Shown here: positions 39,690-49,094 of the stretch, piece after piece
How positions within the stretch are numbered: the first letter of the stretch is position 1
Layout of the letters: each line of letters starts with the position of its first letter
Source: Enterobacteria phage Aplg8
Direction: 5' to 3' (one strand)
Sequence record: NC_054902.1
Length of the DNA stretch: 64,000 nt
Notes under the pieces: generated by a model
Told to the model about the DNA's origin: nothing
Database searches by the model: none
Seen by the model: the letters and a program-made list of their open reading frames with translations, nothing else
Made by a program: the position numbers and the translations under genes

Positions 39690-39699
39690 AGTTCCTCCG

Positions 39700-39707
39700 T
39701 ATAAATA
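39700..39707 (+). promoter_or_regulatory. late promoter TATAAATA (plus strand) for the HNH gene
   Basis: exact TATAAATA 33 nt upstream of ATG at 39741, with AAGGA SD in between. Confidence 0.6.
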
Positions 39708-39740
39708 TGTTTATCACTCGCTGTATCAAAAGGATATGTT

Positions 39741-40457
39741 ATGAATTATAAACTAATTTATGAAAAGTTAATCTCTAATGCTAAATCTCGAAAACTTGAT
39801 TGCTATACTGAATCTCATCACATTATACCACGCTGTTTAAATGGCAGCGATGATGCCTCAAACTTAGTAGATTTAACACCAGAAGAGCACTATGTAGCTC
39901 ATCAACTTTTAGTAAAAATTTATCCTTCTGAACCAAAATTAGTCTATGCTGCTAACATGATGACAGTTTCCACGAAATACGCTAAACGTAACAATAAAAC
40001 TTTCGGTTGGATTCGTCGTAAACTCTGGGAAATAGAAAAGAATAAAGAATTCTCCCAGGAGACACGAAAGAAAATGTCTGATGCAGTAGCTAATAAAGCA
40101 AGACTAACTTGTCCACATTGCGGTAAGTCCGGATTAAGCGGGAATATGAATCGATGGCATTTTGATAACTGCCCGAATCACCCTAATCCTAAAGTTAGAC
40201 CACCGATGTCTAAAGAACACAGAAATAATATCTCAAACGGGCTTAAAGCAATCATTCTTGAAGAAACATCCTGCGAATTCTGCGGAATGATAGGCAAGAA
40301 ATGCGTTATCGCAGCGCATAGAAATTTCTGCAAGAAAAATCCAAATGGACGCAAGAAAACTGAAAAGACTGGTACTTGCGTCCATTGTGGTAAAGTTACC
40401 ACTTTCGGAAATTTATCAAGATGGCATAATGATAACTGTAAATATAAACCTAGCTAA
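39741..40457 (+). mobile_element. free-standing HNH homing endonuclease gene (Mob-like), convergent with gene 46
   Basis: 238 aa; HNH motif ESHHIIPRCLNGSDDASNLVDLTPEEHYVAHQ; three C-terminal zinc-ribbon repeats CxxC...RWHxDNC; only long plus-strand ORF among minus-strand early genes. Confidence 0.8.
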
Positions 40458-42138
40458 TCTTAGCTAAACTAAATCTACCAACTTTTTCCATTTGAATATG
40501 CTGACCATATTCTTGTGGGTCATGGTCTTTATGCGAAATTATGAAGAAGTTGGTATCCTTCAAACCATCTAAAATTTTAGCTACATTTTTAATACCTTCA
40601 GCATCAAATGCACCGTCATACACTTCATCAAGAAATAAACAACTTATTTTAACACCTGAAACTTTTTCAGCAATATCACGCCAAGTAAATAAAAGAGCAA
40701 TATCAATTCGTGCTTTTTCACCTTGACTGAATGAAGCATAACTAAAATCTTCACGACCACGGGATTTAATTGTCTCATTAAATTCTTCATCTAATGTAAA
40801 CACATAATCCGCTTCCATTATTTTAAGATAATGGTTAATCTGCTTATTAAATAATGGAATGTACTTTTTAATAATAGCACCTTTAATACCAGAATCTTTG
40901 AGCATATCAGTCAAAATTCCTCGGTGGTATTTTTCCATTACTAAATTAGTTTTTGTCTTAACAATTTTATCAAGTTCTTCTTGAAGCAGTGCTATTTCAT
41001 CAGCATGGTCAATAAACTCAGAAGATGCTTTTTCTATAGCTGCTTTAACTTTTTTAGCTTTATCTACCGTCGTGATTAGAGATTGCTTTTTATTGCGAAT
41101 ATCATTTGCCAACGACTGCTGAGTTTTAATATTATCTCGGTATTCATCAACAAGAACTTTTAAATTATCACGGTGTGTTGAAAGCTGTTCAAACGAATGC
41201 GTACATTCAGAAACTTTATCTTTAATTTTAGAAACAACTTTATCACCGGAACTTAATTGTGACAAGCAGGTTGGACATAATCCACCTTCGTGATACATAT
41301 TAATGACTTTATTATACGAGTCAATTTTTGATTTAATTAAAACTGCTTCTTGACCGATTTTATTAAATGCATCAGTCGGGTCTTCATCCAAAACAATATT
41401 AACTAATCTTTCATTAGCTTCTTCTATTTCCGATTTTAGCGTTCTAGCTTCTTTTGCCAAATCATCATACATATTTTGTAGACGAGTAAGGTTGTCACCC
41501 GTTAATTTTTTCTGGCGTTCAACGTTATCATTATATATTTTAATTTGTTGGATAATACTATCTTTTTTAACATCAAGCACTTGGTTTTGTGAATTTAATT
41601 CACGTATTAGTGCTTTATTAAGCTTATCCATTTCAGCTAATGTTCCTACCTCAAGCAGGTCTTCCACAAGCTTTCTTCGCGCAGGGGTCGACAAACCCAT
41701 GAAAGGGGTATACCCTGCTGTACCAAGGACAACAATCTGCTTGAAACTGGCATATGACATTCCGATAAGCTGTTCAAATTCTGCTTGGAAATCTTTACTG
41801 CTGGCAGATTCATTAAGACGTGTACCGTTAACGGTGATTTCGAAAACGTTTGGTTTTTGTCCTCTTTTGATATAGTACTTTTTCTCATCATATTCCATCC
41901 ACAATTCAACTAAAAGTTCTTTCTTATTTGTGCTGTTTATTAATTGACCTTTCTTTACATCACGAAATGGCTTGCCAAAAAGCCCAAATGTGATGGCTTC
42001 TAACATAGTAGACTTACCACCGCCATTTCGTCCAGTAATAAGAGTTTTTTGAACCTTATCTAATTGAATGTCAACTCCATTTTGACCAACTGACATTATA
42101 TTTTTATATTTTACTCTATTAAGTTTAAATGATTTCAT
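40450..42138 (-). CDS. 46: gp46 recombination nuclease subunit (Rad50/SbcC-like ATPase)
   Basis: 562 aa; Walker A GRNGGGKST, coiled-coil with CPTC zinc hook, signature/Walker B near C-terminus. Confidence 0.92.
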   Translation of the reverse strand: MKSFKLNRVKYKNIMSVGQNGVDIQLDKVQKTLITGRNGGGKSTMLEAITFGLFGKPFRDVKKGQLINSTNKKELLVELWMEYDEKKYYIKRGQKPNVFEITVNGTRLNESASSKDFQAEFEQLIGMSYASFKQIVVLGTAGYTPFMGLSTPARRKLVEDLLEVGTLAEMDKLNKALIRELNSQNQVLDVKKDSIIQQIKIYNDNVERQKKLTGDNLTRLQNMYDDLAKEARTLKSEIEEANERLVNIVLDEDPTDAFNKIGQEAVLIKSKIDSYNKVINMYHEGGLCPTCLSQLSSGDKVVSKIKDKVSECTHSFEQLSTHRDNLKVLVDEYRDNIKTQQSLANDIRNKKQSLITTVDKAKKVKAAIEKASSEFIDHADEIALLQEELDKIVKTKTNLVMEKYHRGILTDMLKDSGIKGAIIKKYIPLFNKQINHYLKIMEADYVFTLDEEFNETIKSRGREDFSYASFSQGEKARIDIALLFTWRDIAEKVSGVKISCLFLDEVYDGAFDAEGIKNVAKILDGLKDTNFFIISHKDHDPQEYGQHIQMEKVGRFSLAKIS

Positions 42139-42153
42139 TTTGTATCCAATTGT

Positions 42154-43008
42154 TCACAATGAAGAAAATTCTTTAACTAAAGCCTGTAATGAAGCCTCTA
42201 TTGGATATCCATTCTTAACTAACATTTTCCTAAACATTACATGTTTAGGACGATTATATGATATCCACAATTCATACAATTTATCTTTATTATCCCAATG
42301 ATAGCCTTTTCGTCGAGATGCTATATGAGCTTTTCTAATCTCCGGATTTTTCCAACTAGCAGCTACTGAATTTGATATAGCTATTTTATATTCAGGTTTT
42401 GATAAAGCAGCACGAACAGCCTTTTGGTGTTTAATTTTATTTTCTTCGTTATTAAACCATTCCCTTGAAGCCATTGAAATTTTTTGTTTTGTTTTAAAAT
42501 TATTTAATCTTTCTTTATTATCTTTCCTATTTTTTGCTACTGAAAAATATTTTAATGCCCTTTCTCTAGCAGCATTTCTATTTTGCGGATTTGAATAATA
42601 CTGTTGAAGCCTTTTTGATATTGTGTCACTTACATCTTGTTTTATAAAACTATATTCAGCAGCTATTAAATCAACTTCGGCTAAAGATAAATTTTTATAT
42701 GTTTTTCCTGACATCATTCTATTTAAAGCATTTAGCATTTTTCCATTTTTACCTTTTGCTAATAAGAAGTGTGCTTTAAAATGATTAAAATGACTTAAAT
42801 TAACTAAATTCCATGTAGATTTTAAATATTCAGGAAATATTGATTTAGGAAGCACGTGGTGTGCTTCCGTTTTACCTGGAGTTTTAACAGTTGAATTCAC
42901 AGAAATAAAATTAATGTAAGACTTGGCGTCTTCTTCACTCAACGCTAATTTTTCAACTAATTCCTTTATTAAAAATTCATCATTAATGTCAAGTTTAAAA
43001 TTCTTCAC
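42154..43008 (-). mobile_element. HNH homing endonuclease gene with NUMOD-like repeats
   Basis: 284 aa; HNH-like TEAHHVLPKS...NLVNLSHFNHFKAH; C-terminal repeated basic helix motifs; inserted between 46 and 47. Confidence 0.7.
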
Positions 43009-43220
43009 AAAAGATTCCTTTTAATGTATCTTTTAGACCATTCTATCATATCATCATAATCTAAAAAGTATTCATCAAATTCAGCCATGCAAACAACGCC
43101 TTGTGCTGTTTTTGATGTAATATAAATTATTCCAACATATCTAGAATCTTCTTCGGTATAATCAATGTTTGCTATGAATTCATCATTAATGTCAAATGTC
43201 GAAAACTTCACAGTATGCAT
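43005..43220 (-). CDS. hypothetical protein (46.1/46.2 position)
   Basis: 71 aa from MHTVKFSTFDINDEF; first codons duplicated at start of the adjacent HNH gene. Confidence 0.45.
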   Translation of the reverse strand: MHTVKFSTFDINDEFIANIDYTEEDSRYVGIIYITSKTAQGVVCMAEFDEYFLDYDDMIEWSKRYIKRNLL

Positions 43221-43455
43221 CCTTAATACAAGATACAGCCATATCTCGTAATGATTTAGGTGTGTCATTATCTAAAATGTTGAAGTTAAAAGATACAGCC
43301 CAGTCAGTGCAGACTGTAACCTTTTTAATACAATTATCTTCAACTTCTAGCGGTTCAAACCAATATTCAATAATTTCTTTATGCCCAATATCATCTTTTA
43401 CTTCGCATTCAAAATGCTGACTCATCATGACATCTTTAAATTCATCAAAAATCAT
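43192..43455 (-). CDS. hypothetical protein (46.1/46.2 position)
   Basis: 87-aa ORF, 4-nt overlap with gene 47. Confidence 0.5.
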   Translation of the reverse strand: MIFDEFKDVMMSQHFECEVKDDIGHKEIIEYWFEPLEVEDNCIKKVTVCTDWAVSFNFNILDNDTPKSLRDMAVSCIKDAYCEVFDI

Positions 43456-44471
43456 TGTGTTGCCTCTACATATAACTGATTTGCATATTGAATAAGTGCT
43501 TCACGATCAGAATCAGTGATGTCTGGAATTGCATTAATGTATTCTTCCATTAACGTCTGAAGAGATTGAACTTCAACTTCTTCACTGTCATCTGACTCGA
43601 CAGAGTTATCAATCTTTGACACAACTCGTAATGAATGCACAACTTTTTCTAGTTCAGATTCGAACTTCGTCAGATTTTTGTCTACCTCAGTTACTATAAC
43701 ACGTACTGATAGATTTGTAAAATCTTTATAGTCAATTTTTCCTTTAAATGGATAATGAATTCTACGATGCCAGGTAGTGTTGTTTGGAATAAATTCCATT
43801 CGTTCTGTTTTTGTATCAAACATCCAGAACCCGCGAGGGTCATTCTCGTCACCTGCAGTTAGTGTCCATGGTGTCCCAATATATCTGACGTTAGCAGCCT
43901 CAGAGATAGTATGGAAGTGACCAGACCACACTTCTTTATAAGTCTTAAGGAAATCAGGTTCAAGACCGTGAGATTTCATTCCTTTATAAAAATAAAATCC
44001 ATTCAGTTCCCAGTGACCAACACAAAAAGAAGCAGAAGAAGTTTTTATGTGCTCGAGAATTTCACCAGTATTTTCTTCACACATCCAAGGAATTAAATCA
44101 ATTAAACATCCGTCAAAATCTACTGTAGTAGGCTTATCATATACTTTAACATTAGGATATTTAGCCAAAAGCTCAGTAGAGGCATTTGGAGTTAAAGTAT
44201 TTTTAAAGTGCATATCATGGTTTCCTACAACAGTATGCAGGGTAATACCAGCATCATCAAGCATTTGAACTATTTCACGAGCGAACTCCATAGTTTTATG
44301 TGTGATTGCTTTTCGCACATCAAAAATATCACCATATTGAATCCAGGTAGTAATTCCATTTTTCTTAGAATATTCTATTGCTTGTTTAATTCCATCTAAC
44401 TGAATGGATTGAACCCACTCATCATCGGCTTTAACGCCTAAATGCCAATCACCTAAATTTAAAATTTTCAT
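43452..44471 (-). CDS. 47: gp47 recombination nuclease subunit (Mre11/SbcD-like)
   Basis: 339 aa (T4 gp47 length); calcineurin-like phosphoesterase motifs (GDWH, GNHD). Confidence 0.92.
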   Translation of the reverse strand: MKILNLGDWHLGVKADDEWVQSIQLDGIKQAIEYSKKNGITTWIQYGDIFDVRKAITHKTMEFAREIVQMLDDAGITLHTVVGNHDMHFKNTLTPNASTELLAKYPNVKVYDKPTTVDFDGCLIDLIPWMCEENTGEILEHIKTSSASFCVGHWELNGFYFYKGMKSHGLEPDFLKTYKEVWSGHFHTISEAANVRYIGTPWTLTAGDENDPRGFWMFDTKTERMEFIPNNTTWHRRIHYPFKGKIDYKDFTNLSVRVIVTEVDKNLTKFESELEKVVHSLRVVSKIDNSVESDDSEEVEVQSLQTLMEEYINAIPDITDSDREALIQYANQLYVEATQ

Positions 44472-44608
44472 ATATCAAGAACCGTCATTGAAATGCAAAA
44501 TAAAATTATTGAAATAAACCCATCTGGTGTGCTAAAGAAACCAATCCAGCATGCTCTAGTGAATAGATAAAATGCGAGAAAAAGTATCACATATCCAAGA
44601 AATATCAT
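44468..44608 (-). CDS. small hydrophobic protein (46 aa)
   Basis: hand-translated MIFLGYVILFLAFYLFTRACWIGFF...; stop overlaps gene 47 ATG. Confidence 0.35.
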   Translation of the reverse strand: MIFLGYVILFLAFYLFTRACWIGFFSTPDGFISIILFCISMTVLDI

Positions 44609-44631
44609 TATATCAAACTCCGTATAAAGCT

Positions 44632-44649
44632 AAAGGGCCGAAGCCCTTT
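44632..44649 (-). other. UUCG-tetraloop RNA hairpin overlapping agt stop
   Basis: aaagggc-cgaa-gcccttt inverted repeat; U-rich on both strands. Confidence 0.6.
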
Positions 44650-45850
44650 ATTTTGTAATAATGTCAAACTGTTCTTTAAAGCAGAAGCTTGAATCTTGAT
44701 GCTGATACAAAAATTCATAAGCTTTTTCGCGTTCACGGTCATAAAGAGTTCGGTCAGATGACAGTTCTTTAATACGTTCAAACGTTGATTCCATGTCATT
44801 TTCATCAAACCAAATGATACCGCTATCATGCGAGGTCAAAGGAGTATTATCAACACGGAATTTTAAATTTTCGCCAGTAGATTTCCAAAATACCGGAATT
44901 GTTCCACATGCACCAAGCTCGAGATGAGTATATTCTAAAGAACGTTGTAGATATTTTTTATCCAACTTACTCAACTGATAACCAAATCCGGATTTACTCA
45001 TGCGTTCAAGCATTTCGCTATTTACATAACGGTCAAGAATTTGCGTTGGCAAATTAGGAGCAATTTTAATTTGGTCTACTTGATGAAGACGATAATACTC
45101 GTATGGAATTCCTTTTTCTTTAATAGGAATGAACGCTGGAGAACGTTCCAGACCTTCCATAATAGTACTTAGTCCTGCAGGTTTAAGATGTTTTTCATGA
45201 AAATCAAACATCTGATAAAAACCTTTCCATGTAGTCGTACGACCAATCCAACGGTTGATATTCATGTTAATTTCAGAAACATCTTTCCAGTAGGTTGACC
45301 GAACCTTCGCAATATCCATAGGAGGCTGAAAGTTATATACTGTCGGTGCTTCTTCAATATCATCAAACAGAGAAACTGTTTCAGGATACCATTCTTTCAT
45401 CAGAACTTTATTAAAATCACCATTATCAGAATGGCTAAAAATAACATCAGCTCGACGAACAGTTTCTTCTAATCCCAAATTTCGGCGCAAAGAAAGAGAA
45501 GAATGGTCATGTTGATAAACTACAACACGAACCGAAGGTTTAATGTTATCAATAATTTTTTTATAGTTATTAATAGTGTCTTCTTCAACCGAAGTAGCAG
45601 GAACTGAATTGATAATTAGAATATCACAATCATTTACCAGCTTAAGTGTTTTATCATATTCTTTTGCCAATAAAACCGGAATTGAAAATGATTTATAATC
45701 ATGCGCGCAATTACGAGTAAATGATTTATCTTTAGCATAAACCAAAGTTACTTCATGACCATTCTTAATAAACCAATCACGTTGCTCAAGAGAAAATTTA
45801 GTTACACCACAACCTTCAAGACCTCGAGCCATAAAAATACATACTTTCAT
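44648..45850 (-). CDS. agt: alpha-glucosyltransferase
   Basis: 400 aa (T4 alpha-gt length); position between 47 and 55. Confidence 0.85.
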   Translation of the reverse strand: MKVCIFMARGLEGCGVTKFSLEQRDWFIKNGHEVTLVYAKDKSFTRNCAHDYKSFSIPVLLAKEYDKTLKLVNDCDILIINSVPATSVEEDTINNYKKIIDNIKPSVRVVVYQHDHSSLSLRRNLGLEETVRRADVIFSHSDNGDFNKVLMKEWYPETVSLFDDIEEAPTVYNFQPPMDIAKVRSTYWKDVSEINMNINRWIGRTTTWKGFYQMFDFHEKHLKPAGLSTIMEGLERSPAFIPIKEKGIPYEYYRLHQVDQIKIAPNLPTQILDRYVNSEMLERMSKSGFGYQLSKLDKKYLQRSLEYTHLELGACGTIPVFWKSTGENLKFRVDNTPLTSHDSGIIWFDENDMESTFERIKELSSDRTLYDREREKAYEFLYQHQDSSFCFKEQFDIITK

Positions 45851-45874
45851 TTAATATCCTCTTTGTTTTGGTTT

Positions 45875-45900
45875 ATTTTACCAAAAATTTATAAAGCAAT
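45875..45900 (-). promoter_or_regulatory. MotA-dependent middle promoter for alpha-gt
   Basis: minus-strand ATTGCTTTA - 11 bp - TAAAAT. Confidence 0.6.
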
Positions 45901-45920
45901 ATAGGAGCCGAAGCTCCTAT
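45901..45920 (-). other. UUCG-tetraloop RNA hairpin
   Basis: ataggagc-cgaa-gctcctat 8-bp inverted repeat immediately upstream of MotA box. Confidence 0.65.
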
Positions 45921-46093
45921 CCACATAATACGCCATACAGAGGCTCGTTAGAACTTTTAAATTTTATGCGCTTATATTTTATAGTTCCTTCTGCTTTAGC
46001 TTTATCATGAGACGCTTTAAAGAGTCTCATCATTTCCTCTTTAGAGGAACGAATTTTATTATAATCTATTTCAGAAGTCTGGGTGTTCATCTT

Positions 46094-46300
46094 TCATAAC
46101 TGCCACCATTTTTTGACTTGATAAGAATCAACCCACACTTTCATATTAGGGTCTGCTCTTACAATAGGAGGATTAACTTCTTTAATTGAACTATCATGGT
46201 ATTCTTTTTCAGAAATTTTCACACAAAGATGACCATTCAAAGATTCAGTAAATCCTGCATTAATTTTAAGACGCTTGAATTTTACGTGTGTAAGCATCAA
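46094..46300 (-). CDS. hypothetical protein
   Basis: 68-aa ORF. Confidence 0.45.
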   Translation of the reverse strand: MMLTHVKFKRLKINAGFTESLNGHLCVKISEKEYHDSSIKEVNPPIVRADPNMKVWVDSYQVKKWWQL

Positions 46301-46583
46301 TCATATCCTCAATTTGCGATCTAGTAGTCTTCCAAAGAATACTGATGAGTTCATCGTTATATGGCTGTTTTAGAATATCCCGACTTTTCTTGATAGCATA
46401 TTCGTATTGAGCAAAATTATTATTTTCAGCTGCAATCTGAGCGTGCTTATAAAGACGATTCAGTTCGCGTTTGTTTTTAGACAATAACTTATTTGCTTTT
46501 CTTTCTGCTTCAAGACGGTTCTTTTCTTCAATAGAAGAAATAAGCTTTTCCACTTCATCATTAATTTCGGGTTTATCAGTCAT
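46266..46583 (-). CDS. hypothetical protein
   Basis: 105-aa ORF, predicted helical. Confidence 0.5.
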   Translation of the reverse strand: MTDKPEINDEVEKLISSIEEKNRLEAERKANKLLSKNKRELNRLYKHAQIAAENNNFAQYEYAIKKSRDILKQPYNDELISILWKTTRSQIEDMIDAYTRKIQAS

Positions 46584-46584
46584 A

Positions 46585-46803
46585 TTATTTCTCTAATATA
46601 AAATAAAAATCATCATCTGTTAAATGATACCGATAGTTTAATTCTACACCATTAGATTTAAAAGCGGTATCATACGGATTTTCTGGATCAATATCAATGT
46701 CAAGAGCTAAAACTTCCCTGAGATACATTTTAAGTAAATAGGGAATAGCTTCAACTTCAGGTATTTCTTCCAAGAATCCGGAGAGGTTAATCGTTAGCCT
46801 CAT
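46585..46803 (-). CDS. hypothetical protein
   Basis: 72-aa ORF directly below gene 55. Confidence 0.5.
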
Positions 46804-47344
46804 ATAAAAAATCCAAACTAGGAGAATCGTCTACAACACTTTTCTTTTCAGCCCCCGGTGTTCTATAGGTTGATTCTTCGTAATGCGTCATTTTATCATA
46901 GATGTCTTGAATAAAAGTTTCATCTACTAACGCAACCATATCGTCGTCACGGCTGTCATAGACATTGTGAACGAAGTAACTATATTTCTTTGCAACTTCC
47001 TTACGTTCTTTTTTAATACGTTGGACGAATGCATTAAAACAAGCTTGAGTTATATATGCATGTGGGTTTTTATATTTCGTTTCATCAAAATTATGAAGCC
47101 CCTTAATAGAAGCTTCTATACCATCTGCAATCATTTCTTGTTTCCAAGACTGGGTGTATCCTGAAAAGTTGAAACGTTTAGATAAGCCTTCTGCAATAAG
47201 CATAATGGCTAATCCGATAGTATCATTCTGACGAACTACTTTATTTGGGTCTTTATTATTTGCTAATTCTGTTTTCCAATCAATAATAGCTTGTAAAAGC
47301 TCTTTATTGTTTACGTAATTATATTTAGGCTTAGTTTCTGACAT
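46787..47344 (-). CDS. 55: gp55 late-transcription sigma factor
   Basis: 185 aa from [23 protein letters not shown]. Confidence 0.9.
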
Positions 47345-47422
47345 TTTCACCTCTTAGCTCAATTCATAGATCTATTATATCATAATATTTGAAGATCTAT
47401 CTTAAAGCATAGAGGATATCAG

Positions 47423-47692
47423 TTATCTAAGTAAACAGTATGCTTGGAACACTTTCTCCATCATCTTTTTAAATTCATGAATATCTATATAATGACTAGT
47501 TAGATCAGCATGATATAAAAAGTCTAAAAACTTTTCATGTGTACTAACATATTCACTTTCATTTAATTCAGAAACATGGCTTTCCCAATATCCAACACCA
47601 GTCTTATTTGGGAAAAATGAAATTTTCATGTATTGGTCAACATAGAAAATGCCATAATTTTCAATAGTAATAGAAATATTAATAAATTTCAT
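47423..47692 (-). CDS. hypothetical protein
   Basis: 89-aa ORF. Confidence 0.45.
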   Translation of the reverse strand: MKFINISITIENYGIFYVDQYMKISFFPNKTGVGYWESHVSELNESEYVSTHEKFLDFLYHADLTSHYIDIHEFKKMMEKVFQAYCLLR

Positions 47693-47904
47693 ACATTCAT
47701 CAACTTAGCCGCTCCAAGAGCTGCATCTAGTGAATCAAATTGGTCAACATATTCAATCAATTCGCCGTAATTGGCATATAACCACCATTGGCTAAATTCA
47801 TACTCAAGGATGAATCCATTTCCTTCAATTTGAGTTAAACCATTGCCGTTTGTATTTACTTCATATCCGGAAAGACGCAAATCGTTAATAAGAGCTTCGT
47901 TCAT
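47689..47904 (-). CDS. hypothetical protein
   Basis: 71-aa ORF. Confidence 0.45.
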   Translation of the reverse strand: MNEALINDLRLSGYEVNTNGNGLTQIEGNGFILEYEFSQWWLYANYGELIEYVDQFDSLDAALGAAKLMNV

Positions 47905-47906
47905 AA

Positions 47907-48233
47907 TTATACCTTAGTAATTTTCAGGTCTGCAAATTTTTTCTTGCGTTGATTTTTCATGCGACGAATAGTTTTATCGGAAATTTCATGCTTTTGATAA
48001 GCTTTAGATTCTACACCAAAAGCTTTAACATCAAATTCTGACAAGATATATTGAACCAACAATTCACGGACAGTATTGCGTCCAATCTTCTGATCATTCT
48101 GTTTCATCATTTGATGAAGCTCTTTTTCCCATTTATCCAAAATTTGAGGAGTTACAATATCGCCTTTTTCTAGCAAAGAAACTACTTTATCATATGCGTA
48201 AGAATTGATGGCGTTTTTAATTTGAATAGTCAT
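47907..48233 (-). CDS. hypothetical protein
   Basis: 108-aa ORF, basic C-terminus. Confidence 0.5.
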   Translation of the reverse strand: MTIQIKNAINSYAYDKVVSLLEKGDIVTPQILDKWEKELHQMMKQNDQKIGRNTVRELLVQYILSEFDVKAFGVESKAYQKHEISDKTIRRMKNQRKKKFADLKITKV

Positions 48234-48285
48234 ACATTATCCTCAATTGCATTAAAATTTTATTATCCAAAAAGGGCCGAAGCCC

Positions 48286-48486
48286 TTAGCTAAACCGTTT
48301 GGCACCCTTCCAGCCTTCGTACATCATTGCGGCTGATATTAATATTGCTCCTGAGCAACTTGAATATTTGTGATTCCAAAACCAGTTTAGAAAAACTTCG
48401 TCATCAATACCTTGGGCTATCATATTTTCAAAGAACTGACGACGAGCTTCAGCAATTCGTTGCGATAATTTAGATTCGGGATTCAT
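48286..48486 (-). CDS. hypothetical protein
   Basis: 66-aa ORF followed by UUCG hairpin at 48274..48285. Confidence 0.45.
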   Translation of the reverse strand: MNPESKLSQRIAEARRQFFENMIAQGIDDEVFLNWFWNHKYSSCSGAILISAAMMYEGWKGAKRFS

Positions 48487-48618
48487 TTAAATTTTCCAGT
48501 TACCATTTTCATCAATAAATTTAATCCAGTCATTTACTGACCACTTAGTTGTATCGCCTTTTGGAGTAACATTTAAAGTATATAGCCCTTGCTTAAAAAG
48601 CATTCGTTTGATATTCAT
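48487..48618 (-). CDS. small hypothetical protein
   Basis: 43 aa from MNIKRMLFKQG; start chosen to avoid 77-nt overlap. Confidence 0.3.
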   Translation of the reverse strand: MNIKRMLFKQGLYTLNVTPKGDTTKWSVNDWIKFIDENGNWKI

Positions 48619-48625
48619 ATTTTCC

Positions 48626-48919
48626 TCAGCTGTAACGATAACACTCGTTTGATTTACGTTTAGCAACTCGTTGAGAAGTATTATAATCAAAATCATCGTC
48701 AATGTAAACTGATTTTTTCAACTTTCTTACTTCACCACGTAATTGGCGATTTAGCTCATCTTTAACTTCTGAATCAATGCCTTTCATTCTACGCCATTTA
48801 TCTGAGCGAAAAATGTTTTCAACCATATCTTTATGACTTACCCCATCAGGGGCTTTACGCTTTCCGAAATAGTCATAATCACGAACTTTCAAGTCTTTAC
48901 GACGATACGTTTTACCCAT
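48626..48919 (-). CDS. hypothetical basic protein
   Basis: 97 aa from MGKTYRRKDLK. Confidence 0.4.
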   Translation of the reverse strand: MGKTYRRKDLKVRDYDYFGKRKAPDGVSHKDMVENIFRSDKWRRMKGIDSEVKDELNRQLRGEVRKLKKSVYIDDDFDYNTSQRVAKRKSNECYRYS

Positions 48920-49094
48920 GGAGTTTAATTTCCTTAGCAACTGAACTAAATACAGCACGATCACAAATCATGTGTTTATGTAACTTGAGTATAATATAGC
49001 AAACTTCAAAACTATTTACATGAGTAACACGAACAGCATTACCATTAATGAGATAATACTGTCCCTTTTTAATTTCTTTATCAACCACAACCAT
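48912..49094 (-). CDS. hypothetical protein
   Basis: 60-aa ORF downstream of early promoter at about 49130..49165. Confidence 0.4.
   Translation of the reverse strand: MVVVDKEIKKGQYYLINGNAVRVTHVNSFEVCYIILKLHKHMICDRAVFSSVAKEIKLHG

Noticed and set aside
47360-47420. Pair of AGATCT-containing direct repeats (AGATCTAT twice, 27 bp apart) upstream of gene 55
   Set aside because: The repeats are short (8 bp) and overlap a likely promoter region; chance occurrence in AT-rich sequence is plausible and no functional inference could be supported.
6908-48285. Possible CRISPR array or dispersed repeat family suggested by recurring gggccgaagccc-type sequences
   Set aside because: The repeats are short inverted repeats (hairpins) scattered in intergenic regions, not direct repeats with regular spacers; they match the UUCG-loop hairpins typical of T4 transcripts.
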